DNA from: the human T2T-CHM13v2.0 reference genome, Homo sapiens
Length of the DNA stretch: 64,000 nucleotides
Assembly: GCF_009914755.1 (NCBI RefSeq)
Contig: NC_060943.1
Reading direction: 5' to 3' (one strand)
The position numbers and the translations under genes are program-made. The notes under the pieces were generated by a model. That model was given only the letters and a program-made list of their open reading frames with translations, did not search any database and was not told the origin of the DNA. This document shows positions 53,322-64,000 of the stretch, in pieces. Positions within the stretch are counted from its first letter, which is position 1. Each line of letters starts with the position of its first letter.

Positions 53322-53718
53322 GAAAACAAATGAAAGAAAAGGAAAGAGGAAAGGAGGGAGGACGGGTAGATGGGGAGGAGAGAGAGAGAAAGGAAAGAAG
53401 GAAAGAATAAAGGAGAGAGGAGAGGAAAGGGAGAGAAAAGGAAAGCAACAAGGAACAAGGAAAGGAGAGGAGAGGGGAGGGGAGGAGGGGAGAGGGGAAG
53501 GGTGAGGGGAGGAGAGGAAGGAGGGGAGGGAGAGGGAGGACCAGAGGAGAGAGGAAAGGAGGGGAGAAGAGAGGAGGAGAGAGAAGGGGAGCGGAGGGTA
53601 ACAGGGGAGGGAAGAGGAGAGGAGAGAACAGGAGAGGAGGGGAAGGGAGGGGAACAGAGGGGAGGAGAGGGGAGGGGAGCAGAGGGGAGGGGATGGGAAA
53701 GAGGAGGAAAGAAAAGAA
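53322..53718. repeat. ~400-bp polypurine (GGAGA/GGAAA-type) low-complexity tract extending an Alu tail
   Basis: Almost exclusively G/A on the plus strand. Confidence 0.95.
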
Positions 53719-54261
53719 GCGTGGAGAGTGAGTCCAAGGTTTCTGGCCTGAGCACCTAGAGGGGTGGGAGTTGCCATCACTGAGACGGAGAAGCTGCGTA
53801 TGTGTGCATGGGTGGTGCGCAGAGGGGCAGGTTAGGGTGGTGGAGGTGAGGTCTGCACATGGGAAGAGATATTCACACTGAGACATGGCAGAGACCAAAC
53901 CAGGACACTGCATTACCAGTCATTAGGTGTTCTTGGTAATTCAGCCATGCATAAGGAAATCAACAAACGTCTCCTTCCCTGTTAGCGTGACACATGCCAC
54001 CCTGTGGACCCCAAGGGAGATGGTTAAAGTCCTGGCTCCACAGTGGGAGGCCTGGGTGCTATGGAACCCATGAGAACACAGCCTGGGAAGCCCTCTGAGG
54101 CTCAGGACCGCGCCTCATGACTTCTGAACCCAAAGTGGCCACGATGACTCGGAACACCCCCCTCTCCCGGGCCCTCTTCAGGGACCTCTCTGTGGCTGGC
54201 TGTGAGCAGGACCAGCTGGGCACCAAGTGGGGCCCACATCTGGGTGCAGGGGGACACGCAC

Positions 54262-54381
54262 CCAGCTGTCGGCGCTGCTGATCATTCTTCAGTGTGGCCA
54301 AGGGTGTCAGCCCCTCTGGCATGTGGTCGTAGAGCTGGGACAGGCACTTCTCCTGGTGGTCCAGATCCGTGCCTGGCTTCA
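54262..54381 (-). CDS. RHPN2: RHPN2 exon, BRO1 domain (VKPGTDLDHQEK...DQQRRQL)
   Basis: AG 54383-54382, GT 54261-54260. 120 nt, phase 1-1. Confidence 0.96.
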
Positions 54382-54713
54382 CTGCAAAGAGAACCACAGG
54401 TTAAATCCCCTCTCATGGACCTGGCCACAGACCCACGTAGAGATTTCTCTACCATGTCTCCAGCTTCCTTTTTTCTGCAGTTTCACAAGGCATTTGGGAT
54501 CATGGGTCTCCTTTCTGCCCCCGGACACACCCCAGGCCGTCTAACCCTCAAGGTTTTCTTTTCTTTGAGACGGTCTCACTCTGTTACCAGGCTGGAGTGC
54601 AATGGCACAATCATAGTTCACTGCCGCCTTGAACTCCTGGGCTCAAGTGATCCTCCCACCTCACCTCCTGAGTAGTTAGGACTACAGACATGCACCACCA
54701 CATGCCAGGCTAA

Positions 54714-55200
<487 letters not shown>

Positions 55201-56072
55201 TGACCCTGAGCCCCCACACGCTACCTCCTCCAACTCACCCACCACACAGAACCTCCTGGCATAGCCCAGACCCTGTCATGCCCGGCCTGCACCCCTCTGC
55301 GGGCCTGCACACCTGCAGCAGAGCCCCTTCCTGCTTCAACCACACCCTTCGTGGCGCGCATCCTGCTCTCAAACCTCACAAAACCACTCTCCACTTCCCC
55401 AGCACCCTCCGCCTCTGTTCTGTGCTCAGACACTTTACTCCCTCTAGGCTGACCCTTCCCTCCTGTGCAGATGGAAAAGTTGAACTCAAATGTCACTGCC
55501 TCTAAGAAGCCATCCATGACTGTACCATGGAGTCCACCTGCTGCTGCATTTGTGTCTCTACAGCAATCACCGAGGCACTATATGGTATTTCTATTTGTTT
55601 TCACATCTTGTCTCACCTAATAGACTATATAGTACTAGGAGTGGCGGCTCACACTTTCAGAGAACCTACAGTATATAAAGCATTATTGAGCTTTGCGTAC
55701 AGGCCCTTCGTTTTCGTTTTCATGACAGCCTGTGAGGCAGGTTCTCTCCATATACCCATTTTACAGATGAGAAAATTGAGGCAGAGGACAGCTAAGTAAC
55801 TTGCCCAAGGTAAAACAGCTCATTCATGGAAGAGCTGAGATATGAACCCAGGAAGTCTGGCTCCAGAGGCTGTCTTTTTAATTCCTTGGGAGGCTGCCTG
55901 GATTAGTACTCATTAGATCAAAAATCCCTGGCCAGGCACCATGGCTCATGCCTGTAATCCCAACACTTTGGGGAGGCCAAGGCAGGACAACTGCTTGAGG
56001 CCAAGAGTTTGAAACCAACTTAGGCAACATAGTGAGACTCCATCTCTATAAAAAAAAAATTTTTTTTAATTA

Positions 56073-56655
<583 letters not shown>

Positions 56656-56922
56656 TAGATTCTAGATTCCAGGTGAAAATTCATCCTCTTGCACCCAGGC
56701 AGAATTAAAGGTGCCTCTTCTTCCTCCCTCTAAAGAAGCTTATAACCCCTAACCCCACCATGGCCTGTGCGGCAGCTGCCTCAGTCATGGGTCACTCCCA
56801 TCCTCTGCCTTCAGCCTGTGAGCATCTCCAGGGAAGGCAGTTAGCTCTCACTCAGCTCAGAATCGCCCCTGGGGCAGCTGGACCACAGCCCTCGCCAAAC
56901 TCCCGAACCCCCCAGGCCTTAC

Positions 56923-57079
56923 CCTGGTGGTCGATGAGGAGGATGGCAGTGAAGTAGTGGGCCAGGGCCGCGTAGTGGTGGGCCTTCACGCAGGCTAAGC
57001 TGGCCCAGGAGTAGGGGATGTTCTCTTTCACCGGCGCCTGGCTCATGGCTGCGTGTAGCTGTTGGTAGACCTCTCCCAC
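56923..57079 (-). CDS. RHPN2: RHPN2 exon, BRO1 domain (VGEVYQQLHAAM...AILLIDHQ)
   Basis: AG 57081-57080, GT 56922-56921. 157 nt. Confidence 0.96.
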
Positions 57080-57488
57080 CTGAAATAGAAGGGACACTGG
57101 GAAGGGGCAGCCCGGCACAAGGGCCCTCATGAACCCATTTGCAGAGAAAGAGCCCTTTCTTCTTCCCATGCAACAGCCCCTGCCAGGGGCTGCTCCAGAA
57201 TCTGGGAGCAACTCCAAGAGACCCCTCGTTCTGTCATTGTCACAGTTAACAGGGGGATCAGGCTGCTGTCATTATGCTGGTTTTTAGGTTAAGCTGCAGA
57301 TGGAATCAGTGATCTGTATCTGAAACACCAACACTTGCCAAGAAAACTCAAGCCAGCAGTACTGGCCGGAGCTGGCACAATGCCCAGGTCACAGGCAAGC
57401 TCCCATGGGAAGGCCCCGCTACTTCCAGTGCTCCTGTGCCAGCATCTCCTGCCCACTCCCCAAAGTCACAGGAACCAGGGAGTCCTAC

Positions 57489-57676
57489 CTTAGCAGCCTC
57501 CTGAGCCACCTTCACCAGCATGAAGAATTCATTCCGGATCCCAGGAAGGCTGATTTTCTCAAACACGCTTTCTTGGGCTTGTGCAAGCATCATTTTGACG
57601 AGCACGCTGAGCATGGCAGGGCTCATGTCGTAACTTGGAGTATGGGTAAATGTGTCTTTCAGGTAATTTAAAACCC
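57489..57676 (-). CDS. RHPN2: RHPN2 exon, BRO1 domain ([19 protein letters not shown]...MLAQAQE...VAQEAAK)
   Basis: AG 57678-57677, GT 57488-57487. 188 nt, with BRO1 signature MLAQAQE. Confidence 0.96.
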
Positions 57677-57771
57677 CTAAAAGTGGAAAATGTTTTGCCC
57701 ATTAGTTCGGGTTCATATTTACTTCATCACGTTGCTATAGAGAAAGATAGGAGGCCGAGTGCGGTGGCTCA

Positions 57772-59230
<1,459 letters not shown>

Positions 59231-59295
59231 GGTTAAAATAGTACATTTTAAGTTATATATGTATATTTTAACACTATTTATTTATTTATTTATAA

Positions 59296-59752
<457 letters not shown>

Positions 59753-59803
59753 TGAGTCATTCAGCAGTCCAGGGCTTTTCCCCTGGACCTCAAGAAAGAT
59801 CTA

Positions 59804-60237
<434 letters not shown>

Positions 60238-62164
60238 TCATATGAATCCCATCCAACTGGTTCCTCTGGTTTTGTTGCTGAGCAAAAAAAAAAAAAAAAA
60301 AGCCCTGCCCTGCGGAGGGATGGCACCTGCTGTTTTGAGCTGCGAGCTCCATGGGGGTTCCCTCACACTCCCCACTGTTCTCCTACTTGCTTCATTTCGT
60401 CTATAGTTTGTCTCCATTGATATAATCTCAGAGACAGGACACAGAGTGCCTGCCTAAGATTCCTCAGAAAGATGAGTCCAGAAAAAAGATTTACAGCAAA
60501 AGAAATCAACTCATACTTGGAATCTTAGCATATCGCTTCATCCCGATAGACCAATCTTTTATTTTTTTAATTAATTAATTATTTTTTGGGACAGGGTCTT
60601 GCTCTGTCGCCCAAGCTGGAGTGCAATGGCGCGATCTTGGCTTACCACAACCTCGGCTGATCCTTCTGTCTCAGCCTCCCAAGTAGCTGAGACTACAGGC
60701 ATGCACCACCAGGCCCAGCTAACTTTTGTACTTTTTGTAGAGATGGAGTTTCGCCTTGTTGCCCAGACTGATCTCAAATTCCTGGGCTCCAGCAATCCAC
60801 CCACCTCAGCCTCCTAAAGTGCTGGGATTACAGGCATGAGCCACCATGCCCAGCCTATTTCATTAATTTAAAAAAAAAAAATTCTTTTTAGGGATGGAGT
60901 CTTACTCTGTCACCCAGGCTAGAGTACAGTGGTGCAATCATAGCTCACTGCAGCCTCAAACTCCTGGGCTTAAGTGATCTTCCCGTCTTAGCCACTGGAG
61001 TAGCTGGAACTACGGGCATACACCACCACGCCTGGCTAATTTTTAAATATTTTGTAGAGATGGGGTCCTCCTGTGTGGCCCAGGCTGGTAGGACCAATCA
61101 TTATAACATCAGAAATTTCACGATGAGTCAAAGTGGCAAAGCTATGGTTCTTCACAAGCTTGCAGGGCAAAGTGATATCAAACAATGATCCACACGGGTG
61201 GAAGGGGATCACACCCCAAAGCAGAATGTCGATGATCAGCCCAGAAGGCAACACGCTATAGAGCTAGCGTGGGGAACACACTGTGGTCTACACTGTGCCC
61301 TGCTCTTGCATCCATCCCCACGTGGAGTCTGACCCAGACACAGCCCTGCTATGGGGGAGCAAGGCAGAACCCGCAGGCACAGGTGAGCCAAGCCAGGCTC
61401 ACCCACAGCGCTGGGTCTGTTGACCCCAGTCCTCTATAGGTGTAAGCACTAGGCTGCTTTTCTCCTCAACACCGCACCTCATTCTCATACTAAGATTACC
61501 TGAGGTCAGGAGTTTGAGACCAGCCTGGCCAACATGGCAAAACCTCATCTCTACTAAAAATACAAAAATTAGCCAGGCATGGTGGCAGGCGCCTGTAATC
61601 CCAGCTACTTGGGAGGCTGAGGCAGAAGAATTACTTGAACCCAGTAGGCAGACGTCGTAGTGAGCAGAGATTGTGCCACTGCACTCCAGCCTGGGTGACA
61701 AGAGCAAGACTCTATCTCAAAATAAACAAATAAATAAAATAAAATAACAAAAGACAGTTCCCAGAAGAAGGGAACTGAGCTATGAGACATCCTTTGAATG
61801 CATCACTTGACAAAGGGTTGAGAACACCCACCTCATGCTGGAGAAGTTGGCAGAATGCAGGTGATATAAAGGCATGGAGGGGCAGGGTGCGGTGGCTCAT
61901 GCCTGTAATCCCAGCATTCTGGGAGGCTGAGGCAGGCGGAACACCTGAGGTCAGGAGTTCGAGACCAGCCTGGCCAGCATGGCGAAACCCCATTTCTACT
62001 AAAAATACAAAAATTAGCCAGGTGTGGTGGCGGGTGCCTGTAATCCCAGCTACTCAGGAGGCTGAGGCAGGAGAATTGCTTGAAACCAGGAGGTGGAGGT
62101 TGCAGTGAGCCGAGACCATGCCACTGCGCTCCAGCCTGTGCAACAAGAGCAAAACTCCATCTCA

Positions 62165-62203
<39 letters not shown>

Positions 62204-62689
62204 AGGCACGGAGAGTAATACGCACTGATAAGGTACACCTAATACAAGAAAAAGAAGCCTACAGTTTCACTATTTGGGAAAAGTTATTCTGCTCTTCATG
62301 ACAGTGTTGAAAGAAACAGTTATGCACTGCCATCCCAGGGGCCACTTGTCTGGAAAAGATCGTCAGCCACAGGATTCACCATGTACATCAGCCATCCCAG
62401 ACTGAGGTCTGAACCACCGAGCAAGTTTTTTTTTTTTTTTTTGAGATGCAGTCTGGCCTCGATCTCCTGACCTTGTGATCCACCCGCTTTGGCCTCCCGA
62501 AGTGCTGGGATTACAGGCGTGAGCCACCGCGCCCGGCCGGAGCAAGTTTCTTAATGGGAAGTTACACCAGAGCTGGAGACTGGTCTGGCCCTTGCGAGGG
62601 ATGACCTGTAGATTCTCTTCAGTGGGGGGTCCCCTGGTGCCACCGGGTGGGGCCAAGGCTCCGTCTGGTCAGCCCTGGAGGAGACATAC

Positions 62690-62856
62690 CTGCGGCTCTC
62701 TGAAAGGCATCTATGGCACTCTCCAGCCCAGCCTGCGTCTGCCGATCACACCGGGTCCCAATCTGGGTGTAGAGGGCCCCAGTGTTGAACAGGACACTGG
62801 CCTTCTCCAGCAGCAGGTTCTGCTGGCTGACCGGAACCCCGGTGAGAGAGTCATAC
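62690..62856 (-). CDS. RHPN2: RHPN2 exon, BRO1 domain ([29 protein letters not shown]...AIDAFQRAA)
   Basis: AG 62858-62857, GT 62689-62688. 167 nt, with BRO1 motifs EKASVLFN and FQRAAG. Upstream exons lie beyond the window. Confidence 0.96.
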
Positions 62857-63069
62857 CTATGTGAAAGAAATGCATTCCGAGAATACAGATTACTTGGCTA
62901 GTTAATGCTACAAGTGGAAAAAATTCTTTTTTTTTTTTTTTTTAAGAGTCAATATCTCACTCTGTTGCCCAGGCTGGAGTGCAGTGGTGTGATCATAGCT
63001 TACTGCAGCCTTCAACTTTAGGGCTCAGTTGATCCTCCCACCTCAGCCTCATGAGAATAGCTGGCATTA

Positions 63070-63443
<374 letters not shown>

Positions 63444-63554
63444 TCATTTCTTCAGTAAAAGTCAAGAATGCATGTGCACTGAGGCTTTTGTTTCCAAGCA
63501 AGATGACAGGACTAATCACACTGACCGCCACAGCCACACACAAAAATATCTGAC

Positions 63555-63970
63555 GGGGTAACTGGATAAACACACCATGGGACATCCAGACAATGGAATA
63601 TTACTCAGCACTAAAAATGGAGAAATGAACCAGCAAGCCATGAAAAGATGCAGAGGAAACATTACTAAGTGAAAGAGCCAACCTGAACATTGCTACCTAC
63701 TGTATACGCTGTGTGATTCCAACATTCTGAAAAGCCAAAACCCTGGAGACAGAAGAAAGATCAGGGGTTGCCAGGACTTAGGGGGAGGGAGGGAGGGGGA
63801 GCACAAAGGATTTTTCCAGTAGTGAAACTCTTCTGTATGACACTGCAAAGGTGGATCACTGTCATTCTATGTTGGCCAAAAGCCACAGAATACACAAGTG
63901 CAAGAATGAACCCTAATGGAAACTATGGACTCTGGGTGATAATGATGTGTCAGGTAAGTTCTTCAATTAT
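63555..63970 (+). mobile_element. Old L1 (L1MC/MD-like) 3' fragment
   Basis: ACAATGGAATATTACTCAGCACTAAAAA, TTACTAAGTGAAAGAGCCA, AAACTATGGACTCTGGGTGATAATGATGTGTCA. Confidence 0.8.
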
Positions 63971-64000
63971 AAAAAAAAAAAATGGGCTGGGAGCGGTGGC

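Noticed and set aside
53210-53913. Pro/Ser/Leu-rich and Gly/Glu/Arg-rich ORFs of 129-198 aa
   Set aside because: Translations of the polypurine low-complexity tract.
62420-62549. Short Alu with most of its middle missing, flanked by GAGCAAGTTT
   Set aside because: Ordinary internally deleted Alu with a TSD; no further significance evident.

Overview
Human (primate) genomic DNA, very Alu-dense, recognisable as the CEP89-FAAP24-RHPN2 locus (chr19q13.11, from recall). Minus strand: the first five coding exons of CEP89 (ATG at 26549; gene continues off the left edge). Plus strand: the complete FAAP24 gene (215 aa from four coding exons, 27872-31356), head-to-head with CEP89 across a CpG-island promoter. 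Minus strand: the last nine coding exons and 3' UTR of RHPN2, convergent on FAAP24. All coding exon boundaries were read from the sequence; they are GT-AG and keep frame. Nearly all other ORFs in the track are Alu, LTR or low-complexity artefacts. I found no new multi-gene system. The best second-look items are small captured sequences and regulatory oddities: (1) a ~160-bp apparently spliced elastase-1 (CELA1) mRNA fragment inside an old L1; (2) a 207-bp ancient mitochondrial control-region NUMT inserted inside an Alu head; (3) an Alu whose target-site duplication copied the FAAP24 exon-3 splice donor; (4) an RPL31 processed pseudogene in the same L1 as the CELA1 fragment; (5) a shared promoter with X-box-like and CDE/CHR motifs; (6) a GATA-rich LTR6-like solo LTR in RHPN2. 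Repeat subfamily names and protein identities come from recalled sequences, not a database search.
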